Notes: generated by a model from the sequence alone, not told the origin. A DNA stretch of 64,000 bases from Botryllus schlosseri (GCA_051294905.1 CM119372.1:35528001-35592000); one strand, 5' to 3'; numbered from the stretch's first letter, positions 26,001 to 39,235 are shown. Numbers and translations: made by a program.

Positions 26001-29000
26001 GTACTCGATTTATACCGCAGTATAATTTGTGGTTTCGTGTAGAATGGGTGTATATTCACATCCGCATATTAGGAGTGGTACACGGGTGGAAAGACGCTCT
26101 ATTCGAAAAGAGTCTACCTATTGGAAACCCATACCTCCACTTCGACCAGAGTAGCGAAGCTGACTATAATTTGACCACTTATGCGTTATTAATGCGCGAT
26201 ATGCCCAAATGTCGACACCCATTCTACTCGCCATTATCCTCACCATTACAGAGCCTTCGCACACCGCTGAACTACCTCATCTTAAACCTGTGCGTATCGA
26301 ACCTACTCGGCACGACTGCGAGCGCGTGCTTGGTCATCCCGGTAAACGCGCTCGGGGAGCAGATTTTCGGAAATTTGGGTTGTATGATTTACGTTTTCAC
26401 CTGTGGAATGTTAGGTGGGTGTTACCGATATATATATGGACAGATAAACCCTTAAGGCAGGGGACGCCAACTCAAAGCGGGTTGTGGTTCACTTTTCCAA
26501 TTTCGCAATGGCCGCGGGGCGCAAGAATGCAATATTGAGAAAAAAGCAACAAGTTTAGCAACCACGTTTTTAAAACTTTACGCCAATACAGCGCTGATGT
26601 GCTCCTCAACATTGGCGACTGTAGTACATTTATAAAAGTAGTACAAATACAACAAGAAACATCGTGATAATCACTATCGTTTTATTTTGAAATATGAGCT
26701 GCGCACGATACCTGACAACAGTTTTCATCGAATAAACACTAAGGAATCAATATTGGGGCTGGCGAGATACGTTACTATAGCTGTATAGCAGAAAGATTGT
26801 CTCCTCCTAAAGCTTTATCATATGTGGGAAAGCCCTATGCCGTTTTCTTTGCGTCTTGGTCTTGGCATTGTCTGGGTCATTAAACTTCGAGGCAATATGC
26901 CAATTGATATCGGCAGATCCTCCCTCGATGGCATGCCGTTGGCAGCGTCGAAGCCGTTTCAGCTAGTGAGGAATATTGATATTTGGCACAGACGAATAGC
27001 TTATTTTGGGACAACAACAACAACCTTTTGGAACAAAAATAAAATTTAGTATTTCAAAATACTTTACTTGTCGTTCTTCCGAATTTCTAAATCAGCTGGC
27101 GGGTGACAAAATATGACCTCGCCGGCCGCGTGTGGATGACTCCTGCCATAAGGAAATATTTAGTAGTAGCGATGCTATGCACGTTCGGTTCATGCTCGTC
27201 TTCGGTATGCTGACATCTTCAATTCCAAGGTTGGCATTTTCAATAAAACTCCCATAACTCATCTTACCCGGTGAATAAGTTGGTGAAATATTATAATTAT
27301 ACAATGATGGTAACATTTTTATAGAAAATTCTTGTACTTCAACTTAATACCGCTCCATGCACGTCGATGACAGAGAAAAATAACATTAGACAAAAAAGTG
27401 AGCACTAATTAGCAAAACACCCTAATATTCTCGAGAATTTTGCTTGCAATAGCACACCTGATTTTGGTTGTAAATGATAGAATTAGTTCCCTTCCGTCAC
27501 GGCTATACGTGCTTTACACATAAAATATATGCAACCGAAAATGATCGCTGCAACAATGAAAATTCAACGACTGTCTCCGGAATGTTATTTCGTGACGCGG
27601 AGTCGTTCTGTCGTGTGTCAGATATTTGTCAATCTGTACTGGCCCGCATTGTGTGTCAATAGTAGCGGTCTTCCGATCGGTAAATTCTCGAAATTAGTTT
27701 TTGCAAAAATAATTGTCGCTAATTTTGTCTACCGCTCGCATCTTCTAGTCCGTGTAGCACCTGGCGTTACTGGCGAAATGCGTCACTCTCTTCTGCAATA
27801 ACAATAACAATAACATGCAGTAAAGCGATCTGTGTTTCAATTGGCATTGTGACGCCGTGCGTTGAAGTTCACACAAATCCACACATTTAGGTGGTTGCAT
27901 CATTGCTACTTGGTAGCATTGAATACCTACGGACTATGTATGTTCAATGACTTTTCTCGACAACCAATAGCTATCCAAATATTATTTTTCTATAATTTTA
28001 TTGGTGTTCTACATCTTTGCTTTTCAAACTGTTGGATGATACGGACGTGCATGGAACAAAAATTCCATCGAGGATGAAAAACGTGGTGCTGATGAAATCG
28101 TGCATATATTTCGTAATTTTTCTGACGTGGAATGATCTAAATAAACTTAATAGCAAATTTAGGTACAGTCAATCCCAAAGTTTTTCTTTGCGACACGAAG
28201 ACTGTAATTTTGGGTCGCGACGGCACCAGAGCGATATTTTAACATGTATGTAATACTTCTTTAATTTCCTGCAAAAAAATATTTCTTCGCGTGATTTCGT
28301 GTGACATAAAGGTATGTCGTTTACGCCGACATGCGGATGTGCAAAGCGCGGTACCAGAATGATCGGTGATGATAAAACTTTAGCCAATATTGACCGTCGC
28401 TGGTGGGTCAAAACCTTCGATATTGATATGCCTAGTTGCCGAAATGGTTGCCACCGATGTATAGCGCCAGCCTTGCAATCTGAATAGACGGTAGGGTCTA
28501 CACATGCAACCTTAGAGAAAAATGATGAACCCAATTTTTAGGGCGGAGATAATAAAGTTGGATTAGCAATGAAATCGATTATCCCGTTCGTCAGGATTTA
28601 TCAACCCAGGATTAAGGAAATCGGTAAATCGCAGCGCATAAAGTTGGTGTTAATCTCATGATTTAACAAACCGGATTAAACTATCGATAACTGCGTACCA
28701 TTCCTACGCAAAAATATTTCCGATAATGACCTACCGATTGTCAACTAGGTAATGGCTTCACCAAACAATCAACGAATTAAGTACCCGCGATTGCAGAGCG
28801 ATATCAATATTCTATAATCCGTTTCTTAGCTGTACCGTACTAATTTGACACGACTTTCGTTTGGCGATGATGATAATTGTACCTATTACAGTGGCAGTAT
28901 GGTTATCAGCAGGATGCTGTTTCATTCAACAAATCGACAACTGCCAGCCTATTACGCGTTTTCGCATTATGATGTAACGGATAACGCCACTTGATTGAAA

Positions 29001-32000
29001 ACTCGGGACATATCGATTAGACGACTAACCATCGCGCGTAACCTTTTCCAACTTCTTGGCGTCGCGATTAGCAGTATTTATTCACGCGATTAGCATTTCT
29101 CCGGATCAGCCAACTTCATTATCTCCGCCTAAAATGCGACCCGATTAGCAGTGTATAATCACATGATTAGCATTCTCCCGGATCAGATAACTTTATTATC
29201 TCGGCTCTTAATCATGCCCTTCATTTATGTTCCCTTGAGCTGCTATTGGCTTGCAGTTAATCATTTTCGGTAGGTTATAGTGCGAACGATGTTTTTTTGC
29301 ATAAAAAGTACGCATAGTGCTCAAAAAGGACTGTTCTATCTCATGCTATCCAACGATTGTTTACGGTGGCGAAAAACAATTTTTGCTCGCCGTGGTCTCA
29401 ATCTCATTTTTATTGCAGAAAATCACAGCTCCCAAGCCCACCACAGAAATTTTATGTAGTCTTTAATTGCGAACCGTTACTTTAACTCGTTTGTGCGCGC
29501 ACGATCTTATGAATTTTGTGTCATGAAAACATTGGAAAGCTTTAAATTATTATCGGAGTTTTAATTTGGGATGTATATCTAGTGATTCAGTGGCTAATAT
29601 CGAGTAATAAGATTTAAATCATTTTGCGCAACGCTGAATCACATATTCGCCATTTTTAGTGTTGAAGCGGTTATATGCTAAGTAAGTTGCGTTGAAGCCT
29701 TTTCTAGTTTTATGCGTGCCAAGACAATGTGCCTCTTGGGTCGTAAATTGACACCCCGTGTTTATGCCAATGCATGCATGTCGGCGCTATAGGGTTGTAA
29801 ATGTAAATTGATCGTACAAGGTAATAGAAACGTGAAATAGTAAATAGCAATATCATACGAAGATCTTGGATGAAAGGACGATTCGAGATTCAGATGAGTT
29901 ATACTTATTCTCTCATCCAATTTCGTCACTCATCACCAATTCGATCTGGTATGGGTTGACGCTATAAATTTTGTCTTACCAGCATACCAAACTAAACCAT
30001 CCAAAATATTTATAGGGGTCGCAAATCTATGGACGATTACGGTGTTGTCCATTGCACATTATATCGTCATATGCAAGTCCAGGCATTTCTCTCTTCGGCG
30101 ACGTCACGTGATCTCAGGTGAGCAGCATAACATCGATTACGTAACCATGAAGACTATAGATTATCGATATAAACCATTGGAAGTCGTGTGCAACTGGGTA
30201 AGTTGATTCCAGTAAACATGATTGTTGCCTTTCGAGTCCCTGTCGCTGACCTCAAGATAGCATGATGACTCGGGTAAGTTGCTCTGGTGTACAGCCTACT
30301 GTGTTGAGTTCTGCTTTTGTAGCGGCCTTCGGAAAGTAAATAGGTCATATTAGCAAAGTGACAATCGATTACTTCGTCTTCGGGGTGCTGTCAAGAATCA
30401 TAAGTCATGCAAATAAACTTGGCGTTGTTCCAATTCCTAAAAATAGCACAATTAAACCAGAAGTATATACTGCATTTTTCGAAAGTAGGTGACTCCCCTA
30501 CTAGGCAAGCCAACTTGCTGTCACTCGGAAGTTGAAATAGCTGTTATGAAGAGAAATTCGTGACGAGCCGATTGACAATTTTCAGTCTCAGATATAAATC
30601 CTCTCTAGAGTGTTATCATCACCTTTTGAAATTTTTTTTCAACTGGTCTCGCTTGTTAGCTGCATCGTGGTCGGTTTTGAAAATTTAGTTATTGCCCTGA
30701 ATTCTTAATTTTAGTCACATCATAGTTAAACATCGCTAACGCAATTATCCAGTCCGAATATATCGGTTAATTAGCGAATTTAAGGACTATAAGGACTATA
30801 ATAATAACGCGGAACGCGTCCGACTACACATATCGGTATGATCGCAACAAATATGACACCAAAATGGACAAACAATTTTTTTTTATCTGGCAGCTTATCT
30901 TGAAATTATTACGGGAAAATCGCTATCTATCACAGTGTTGGAGGAGGAAGTGTTGGAGGTTTACCTAGGCTCCTCCTTGTCTCCTAATCCGCGTAAGCGG
31001 TGTCTTAAAAAAGCCTAGAAGCTGATCGTGCTAAAAGTCGGCTGTTACGGAATAAATATGAAGAATATTAGCCTGGTGTAAATGACCATAGTAGTCGACA
31101 AACACCATAAATACCTCAAAACAGACAAACAAACAGGAAAAAATGGATTGTTGTAAGCATTTCGAAGTCACCGTTATTGACCTTACTCATCTAACTTTTC
31201 TTCCCCACGATCCCCAATTAAAATCTTTAAACAGCAAAATATTTGTATCAGTGGGCAATTTAGTAATTAAAATGGAAGGAAGGAAGGATGGAAGAACGTA
31301 GTTTGTTTTTGTCCTCGATGTTTCTGCGGCATATACACCGACTCATAATATACATACGCACAATCTGTGCATATGCATACCATGTGTTTATGATGTGCAT
31401 ATGCCGCTGGACAAGGAAGGTACAGATATAGCCTTTTACGGCTTTCAAGGTCTTGCACCACCCCTCCATGCTATCCCAATGCATGAGCGCCATCCGGAAA
31501 GTCATGTATACCAGTGTTACTAGTCAGGTCTTTGGTCTGACCCGGCCGGGGATCGAACCCACTATCGATAACTAACCTGCGTAGGTTAGTTATCTATAAA
31601 CCCACGATCTACCGAGCAAGAAGCCGGACTCTTCACCATTACGCTATCTTGTCGGTAAAATGATCTGCCCAGTAGGATATTTCATCTCAGACGGCCATTC
31701 TGTTGATTTGAGCTCTGGATTTGGCTTGGTAACAGATAATTGTCGACGGATACATCAGATGGGTAAATATCGTGTTCCAGGAATTTTCTTCGTCTGGATT
31801 TGGTCCGCCATATGGAATGGCGTGCTTGTCGGCAGTGGTGGATACGGATCCGACAAAATGAAGTCGGACTGCGGAATTGTTTGGAATTCTGTTGATAAGA
31901 AGATTGTCCAATATACGCTGTATATGGTTTGCTGTTTCGTCGTGCCACTGATATTTCTCTCGTATTGTTACGGTTCGATCATCTACGAAGTAAGACAGGT

Positions 32001-35000
32001 ATACAAATATCGGTATAGAGTCGCATCTACATACGTAGGGTTGCATTTAAAACAAAAAACCAATTTAAAACAGACAGGTTTAAATCAAGGCCATTGTTTA
32101 AAACTTTTTTAGGCCATGACGTCATGAATATTTAATTGTGACGTCATAGTGGATTGACATTGACAATTGAAGATATAGGGTAAATATAGCTACTTTGAAG
32201 AAATATCTGTACCATGGCTGTTGAACCGAATATTTTGAGGATTCCAACCATCCCGCATATACGCCAGCTATATCGGGTGATAATTGTCCGTAGGTTCAAA
32301 CAATATGTTTGTTTTTTTCGAAAAGCATTTACACAATTATGGCATAATTTTACAACTTAAAAGTGACACAATTTTTTAAAGGCCCTAGTTTAAAACACTG
32401 TTTAAAACATGATTTAACAGAGTATTTTAAAACACCGTTTGTTTTAAATGCAAACCTAAACAAAAGTATATCGTCGTAATAAGTTCTGTAGTTGTGGCTA
32501 GGGGTGTATATCAACTGGATGATATATGAATAGGGCGACAACTCATTTCAGTGACATAAATACAATAGATTTTAGGTATATAATACTAAGTGTAGGACAT
32601 TAAATCGTTTGAATGATAAACGATGGAGCGAACGAATACTGTTCTGTGGCAAAGACATTGGATATTGGTTTAGAGCGAGACTTTGGCACGTTCCGCTGTA
32701 ATCTCCGAGTATAAATCCTGTCCTAACCAAAGTTGAATTATTCGTAAATCAAATGATGATCACCTGCAACGTTGCGCAATTGAAACTGGCCTCAGCCTGA
32801 ATTATTTGCCACTCGATTATGTTCTTCGGCATTGTCACTCAAATGAACAGTAAGTCAAATAAAATTTTACAGTAAGAGTGATGTTGTCGAAGGATACACT
32901 GGTCATCATTTAGTAGGGTTGACCGGCTATTATTTTCCGCATCTTTGAACAGCAAACAAAGTCGTCCAAAGCGTCCAAAGATGCCCTACCAGAAGCGGCG
33001 AAGATGGTGTTCGTGATCATGGTCGCGTTTCTGGTCTGCTGGTGTCCATACGGCTGCGTCGCTATGCTGACCATGATCAAGCCAAACTATAAGGTATGGC
33101 TATCTTGAACTGGTTGGATTCAGCCAGGTCAGATCGGCTCTATTGATCCGTCTTGCGAAATTTTGTTAGTTCGACGGACCGGTTAGCATGACTGTTTTAC
33201 TTTCGAAATGTGTAATGATCAATTTTGAAGTCGGCAGGTAACATTCCTGCATCGTGTTAATTTATATAATTGCAGCAATTTCCCATTTCAGATTTCCCGT
33301 CGCAAAATGGAAGAGTCGCATCATAAGTACCATTTATGAGACGGCGTCTGCTTTTTAGGGTGACTCTTAACATTGATGAAATTCAGCCAGTTCGCCTCGA
33401 TGCGCTGGAACATTTAGTTACATCCAGTTCTTGTAACTACTTTAGTATCGAAAATTTGGAATAACGTTAACCACAAAATTACTTATATCTCGGAAATCGA
33501 AAATGGCTTGCTATTCGTAAAACGGTGTTATATGGCATATCCATAAATAATATTCGGCCCATTTGCCAGAAAATATGAAAGCTGTACATTTCGACTGACG
33601 AACAATTTCAATCGTATCGATGCTTTCTTCCATTTAGCTGACTTATAATGTTGCCTGCTAACACGACTTACTTGCTTTTCAGACGCCAATTTTCATGGAC
33701 ACTGCGCTGTCTTTCTTTGCGAAATTATCCTTCATCACCAGTCCCGTTATCTATGTGGCTATGAATACCAAGGTATATACCATTCTGATTTAAATATATC
33801 CTACAAATACAACGTGCAGACAAAGAACATCATTCAATTGACCTCAAGCAACCAATACTAAGGTCTGATCGAACGTCATACATTGTTGGTGACCGTTGTA
33901 AGTTCGAGTTGAATGGGGCACTTGGAGTAGCGCCGATTACAGGGCGCAATAAATGCTATCTTTCCTAGTCCTCGTATACATTAGGGTTACCATACCTCCG
34001 CCTTGTCCTCTTTTTTGACTTTTCTGAAAGTGTCCTCGCAAGACGCCCCAAATGTGCTAATTTTTGAGATTTTGTCCTCTTTTTTGAGTTACAGTAAATC
34101 AGCACCGAAGTAACGCTCCGGCGGGTATGTCGGGAACTGAGCCGGAAGGTTTACCTTTTTTTTGTTTAGTCAGCCAACTGATAACGTGAAAGAAAAACTG
34201 TATTTCGGGACTTAAGCTGGAAAGTTTACCTTTTTTTGTTTAGTCAACCGACCACGAGGTGGGTAAAATTTAACATTTTCTCATGATTTTTTTTCCGTTT
34301 TGCAAGTCCTCTTTTCACATTTCCAAAATATGGTGACCCTATTATATATCTGTGTTTTTAAATAAATCATTGCTGTGGCATCCATAAGCATGTCGTGGAT
34401 ATAATATTACGTGACACAAGTTGCAACGTGATGTTGTAAGGTAGATATTCTCCGAAACGTAGATAGTATAGTCTTAAATCTTGTGTTAGCCTTAATCATG
34501 ACGGGGCACGCCTAATGTATTTCAAATGGGTGGTAAACGGCATCAGGAATCGGGTTTGTCTATTTAGTATGAATGAATAAATCAATGAAATGGAGCACAC
34601 TAGGTGCGGTCGCGCATAGTAAACTGCATCTAGCCTATGCTTATGGCCTATATTTGAACACTTTCAGATACGACCAATACGACTGCGGGCATTTCATGTT
34701 AATTTTAGGAGGTTCCATAATTTAGGAGCCATTACTTGTATTCGCTAGATGGCGTATGCTTGACGACGCTTCTTGTTCTGATCTGAGAGAACCTTTCTGG
34801 ATTTAGCTATCATCGGGTACAGTTTGTCAATAGTAATTGGCCCACCAGGCGTTCCCCACTGTATCTACCGATCTTGTTGAGTCAATATCTTATTCGTGCT
34901 ACTGCTGTGTCGTATTATAATTTGAATATAAGGAAACTCGATCAATTAGAACTTCAAGCAATATACTGTTACTACCGTACTCAAAGAACGCGGTTATTAG

Positions 35001-36852
35001 CATCATGAAACTTATAAGACTTTGCGGCGCTGTCAGTTGAAGGGGGGACAGCTTACATATAATCATATAGGCAGTTTAACGACCAATGACGTAATTTTGA
35101 TCAAATCTACTGTCACATTAAATCAACTGACTTAAATTAACCGCTTCTTCTTCATGATATTCCATTTTCAAATCTGAAGGACCTAACTTGCGACATTAAA
35201 TAAATTATTGAGTGACAGACGACGTGACGGATTTCCCGTTGAACATAATTTACTCGTGTGCCTTTCCGTAACACTTCCAATAATATATTGACTCGTGGAG
35301 CAGTGTCAAGATGTTTGTAAGTGTAAATACATAGTTTGCTATGTTTCGCCTTTCCCTTGCGTACACTTTTTGCAACATCATTTTTGAAGTGTACTCACAT
35401 GTGCAGTTCATTCGAGAGGTTTGACCACCCCTGGCCAAGCGAGGTGACCAGTTGTAAACCATCCGCGACCGCATCATTTAAATTGGTGCGAACTTCAGTT
35501 GGACATTAAATTACTTCATAATCTGTAAACCGCGGTGCGCATCGACAGAGTCTTCAGAGTAGACCTGGATAGTCGGGAGTCGCGACCAGCTTCCAGTGTT
35601 GGGATCAAGTCACTACCTTCGAGTCACGAGTCATCTCGAGTCATTGCAGATTTTGAATCGAGTCAAGTCAAGTCAATCGATTTTTGAAGGTGACTCGAGT
35701 CAAGTCAAGTCATTCGTTTTTAGGAGGTGACTCGAGTCAAGTCAAGTCAAGTCACGAGTCAAGTCACAATTCAAGTCAAATTGAATTTTCGAAGTATGAG
35801 TTATGATTCAAAGTCATTACATTTTGCTAGCTGTATGAGAGACAGATTGATCAATCATTTATTTTAATCAAATAACAAATATCCAATTAAATATACATGC
35901 AAAAAGATGGTGTATCGCTCACGCACAGGTAGAACAGCTAATAAAGTACGTGATTAACTGTACAGCTACATACTACAGTCAGTTCTTATCAGCCAAAATT
36001 TAGGACCTAACACGAATCTTTGAGAAGTTGAAACAAATTGATATGGTACATAGCCTACACTACCCATCTACATATCCGTGAGAATATAAACGCACACAAT
36101 ATATTCGTTCGATTTAAATCATACAAGAAGATTGGTAAATGTGAGCATGAGCACTGGGTAACGTAAACATTGAGCCGTCTAAGAAACAGAGACACATTGC
36201 TATTTAGGGTAATTTTCTACTTTGCGGTCAATTTTTTGTGATCTAACAATAGTGGAACCTTTGTAACGTACAATCAGTGAATGATTGGTTGTTCTGACAA
36301 GTGACACCGGTGTATCTCGAACAATCAGAACATACACAAGATACGGTGATTTATTCGACACCGTTTACTTGATGACTTGAAATTGACTCGTAAATTTTGC
36401 TCCGAGTCACGAGTCAATGCACATTTTTGAAGCTCCGAGTCAAGTCATGACTCGAGTCATCCCAACACTGCCAGCTTCTAGATTAGTAAAGCTTTCTATA
36501 GCTAGAATCCCAACAAATATATAACCTGTGTTCGTTTGACGAGGAAACGAATAAACGTGTGTTATATGTATGATCGCGATATAATAAAAGTATCGAATTT
36601 TTGAAACTTCTTCGTGATGTATATTATCAGGCTGTTACATACTATTCCAGTTCACTATTCGTGGTATCACCTACATACGTGATTGCCAACCCATGCTCCA
36701 GAAATGAATTCTGCTTTACTTTGCAGATGCGAAAACGGGTACTGGAGGTATTCAGACTACGAGTGAGGTCTGCTAACAGCGAGTCGACGATGTACAAAGA
36801 GACTCATTCGGCTGTAAAATATCCAAACAAACTGTACAGTGTACAATTGTGA
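22902..36852 (+). CDS. Opsin paralogue B (tandem duplicate), 7 coding exons, 326 aa
   Basis: Exons 22902-23042, 26252-26414, 30016-30117, 31781-31998, 32953-33093, 33683-33772 and 36727-36852, summing to 981 nt. Intron positions and phases are identical to paralogue A. Motifs: MNES sequon, SLRTPLNYLILNL, CWCPY and FFAKLS (K296 at 33722-33724). An in-frame ATG at 22875 is an alternative start. Confidence 0.93.
23689..25255. mobile_element. Foldback element (nearly whole-length palindrome) in opsin B intron 1
   Basis: 23689-24094 is the reverse complement of about 24849-25255, and about 24184-24450 of about 24585-24851. Ends TAGGGTTGTCC/GGACGACCCTA; TSD ATGTGAAT/ACGTGAAT. Confidence 0.92.
26252..26414 (+). 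CDS. Opsin B exon 2
   Basis: SLRTPLNYLILNLCVSNLL...GCMIYVFTCGMLG; 163 nt as in paralogue A. Confidence 0.92.
28538..29210. mobile_element. Decayed TIR element with a duplicated right end
   Basis: TAGGGCGGAGATAATAAAGTTG at about 28539 inverted to CAACTTCATTATCTCCGCCTA at about 29110-29131; a second copy of the end region runs to about 29205. Confidence 0.5.
30016..30117 (+). CDS. Opsin B exon 3
   Basis: VANLWTITVLSIAHYIVICKSRHFSLRRRHVIS; tatag/gtgagc boundaries. Confidence 0.9.
30987..31135 (+). mobile_element. SINE family 1, 3' part
   Basis: Reverse complement of the SINE body at 48404-49140; CAAA-type tail. Confidence 0.7.
31273..31656 (-). mobile_element. tRNA-derived SINE family 2
   Basis: Minus-strand A box TAGCGTAATGG (31646-31636) and B box GGTTCGATCCC (31559-31549); (CCTT)n tail; the 3' part recurs at about 62228-62310. 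Confidence 0.78.
31781..31998 (+). CDS. Opsin B exon 4
   Basis: IFFVWIWSAIWNGVLVGSGGYGSDKMKSDCGIVW...CYGSIIYEVRQ; 218 nt. Confidence 0.92.
32036..32458. mobile_element. MITE with TTTAAAAC subterminal repeats
   Basis: TAGGGTTGCATTTAAAACAAA ... TTTGTTTTAAATGCAAACCTA; related fragment at about 2275-2390; no clear TSD. Confidence 0.65.
32953..33093 (+). CDS. Opsin B exon 5
   Basis: QTKSSKASKDALPEAAKMVFVIMVAFLVCWCPYGCVAMLTMIKPNYK. Confidence 0.9.
33683..33772 (+). CDS. Opsin B exon 6 (Lys296)
   Basis: TPIFMDTALSFFAKLSFITSPVIYVAMNTK; 90 nt. Confidence 0.93.
33982..34341. mobile_element. hAT-like MITE
   Basis: TAGGGTTACCATA ... TATGGTGACCCTA; TSD GTATACAT/TTATATAT; internal direct repeat of about 60 bp. 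Confidence 0.75.
35594..36470. mobile_element. MITE family B1 in opsin B intron 6
   Basis: TIR CAGTGTTGGGAT; perfect TSD CCAGCTTC. Confidence 0.93.
36727..36852 (+). CDS. Opsin B exon 7
   Basis: tttgcag acceptor; MRKRVLEVFRLRVRS...SVQL*. Confidence 0.85.
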   Translation: MRKRVLEVFRLRVRSANSESTMYKETHSAVKYPNKLYSVQL

Positions 36853-39235
36853 ATAAGCGCAAGCTCATGGGCATTGCAGTCAATGCAAAGCTCAATAATC
36901 ATCAATGCAAGTGAAGATCTCCCAATCCTGGATCGAGAAAGCACAAGGAACCTAGATGCCGAGAGTTGTGACGTTTTCAAAATTGAAGACTAAAGAGCAG
37001 ATCAAGGCAGTCCAGGGGGATACATGGACATCGTGCGCATATGAAAAAGTTATCGACTGTTCAGTTGTTTTTATCAAACGACACAGCAAATAATGTAAAT
37101 TGCGTATTCGTGTTTGTGGGGTTTTTCATGACGATACAGGACTATACCTTTGTCGTATCAGAAACATTCTCGTCACAGCACCCATCAGCGTTACACTGTA
37201 ATGTCAATATCTTCCGACTCGGCATTTTCAATGCCTGGACGCTCTATCACCCTTTGATCCTGTAGAATTTACTCTTTCCCTGTCGTACAAGGAAGCTGTT
37301 AGCTTTTTAATATTACATCCAAAAGTTGGTGAAGTACTGAGAGACGCCAGACAAGTAAAGTACTTTACTGCGGTAAAAAGCTACCCGAGAACAAGTGAAA
37401 GTTTGTTCATCCCAATCAACTGCAGGCAATTCAAGTTGATATCAAAATTAAATGTCTATTAGCCTCTAAGTATCAGGGAATGTATTTCAAAGGAAGCTTG
37501 TTGAAGGACACTGGAAACTTACAAAGCATCAAACTTGCATCATCCATCCCTTGTAACTACCAGCGGATGGATAAGATAGCGGTGTGTTGGAAAGTGGTGC
37601 TTTTTTGTCATTTGGTCACATGCTATTGCGTTATTATGAAGCATTCACCCCTAAACACTTATTTTGACATTTTCGATACAGAATAACTTGCGGAATCGGA
37701 GCAGTACGATAAGTCCTTTTGCGAATCATAGGGTTATAAATATGTTTTATTTTTTATTTCATTTTGAACAACAAAAAAGAAACGTTATTTTAATTCTTTT
37801 ATTTAAAAAATGTTGTGTACAGAAATTCAAAGAATAAGTGTTCAAATTGTATAAACGCAACATAGAATAAACTTGATAGTGCATTAGTTAGTTATTAGAT
37901 ATTCAATTGATGTGATAGTTGAGGTTATTTTTGCACCGTATATATGTAATAATTGTTGTTTTGGTGATGGAAAGAGGCAACCGCATGGCATAATGAATAC
38001 CTAAGCCACTAACCACTGGGTTGCTTTATCTTAAGAAATAACGACACACAGTGAATGGACAATTTTTGTGTCACCGTATTTTCTTGTTTTCTAGATTTAA
38101 ATATTTTTCTTCTGTTATAGTGAGGTAAAATTACAGATAATAAATTTCTTTTAATTTTTTCTTGTGTCCTGAAAATACTCATGGCCCCCTAGGGTAGGTC
38201 ATGGCCAACTTGTCGGAAATCTCTGTTGTAACTTTAGCATAGTTTGCTCGTAGGCTATATAAGCCATGCTTGGAGGATAATCATCGCAACATTTACAAAA
38301 TCATTTTATTCAATTTAATAAACTGGTTTATCTTAACGAACTGCCACTTGTTTGTCTCATACACGTGTGGAAATGTTCCCTGGCTGAATTGTAATGTAGT
38401 AGCTTACGAATGCGGTAGCTTATAAAAGCCAACGGAAGTGGGCCATATTACAAGAAGGTAGCTCGAGAAACATAAAAAGTGATATCGGCCAAGTTGTAAA
38501 TGACTATAGTAGTAAAACATCACAAACAGCAACATCAATAACTGCTCTTCATTGGGATATGGGTAGATACATCGAATTTGGATCTCACTCAAATATTAAA
38601 AGATCATGCTTTCCAATAGTCCCCATGAAAATGGCGAATGGAATTGGGGTAAACGTAAACATATGTGTTAGCTAAAGCACGAGTCACTAAAATTGGTGGT
38701 ATAGCATTTCCAAATGACGTCCCGCAATTCATCATCAAATATTATGGTGTTACACACATATGCAGTGCAGTGCTTTTCAACCTTTTTGGGCTCCATTCGC
38801 ACCTTTTTTAAAAAAGAAATTCCATTCGCACCAACCAGCCGGAATTTATTAAACAAAATGAAAATGAAGAAACTTATCACTTTTGTATTCGAAGAGCTTC
38901 TTGGAACTACAGAGCGTATCGTATTATTTATTATCAAGTACCAAAATCACTCAGTCGAAAAAGCACAGGTATAGCATTCCCGTTGTTCTCAAGGTGTTCG
39001 TTGTTTCCAGGGGTACCGAGCAATGATTTCCGTCGAAGCTTAAAGGGCGAATCCAAGAACAATATTCACTCGCACCAATATCAATTTTTCACTAAGTCGA
39101 AATGTTACGTCATCGCGATGTAAATGTGTTCGCATTTAGAACGCACAAAATAGTGAAGCTGCACTAGCACCTTTAATTCATTTTCTGACATCATTCGAAA
39201 AGATGCTTCACCGTAGTAAGGTATGTTAGCCGATG

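Noticed and set aside
26452..29765. Possible large decayed TTAA/GG-ended element in opsin B intron 2
   Set aside because: The left end TTAAGGCAGGGGACGCCAACT has only a poor inverted match near 29746-29765, and no coding motif could be confirmed.
7045..36852. Interpreting the opsins as pseudogenes or as non-opsin GPCRs
   Set aside because: Both reading frames are intact with canonical splice sites and matched exon lengths, K296 sits in FFAK, and the unusual residues are shared by both copies.
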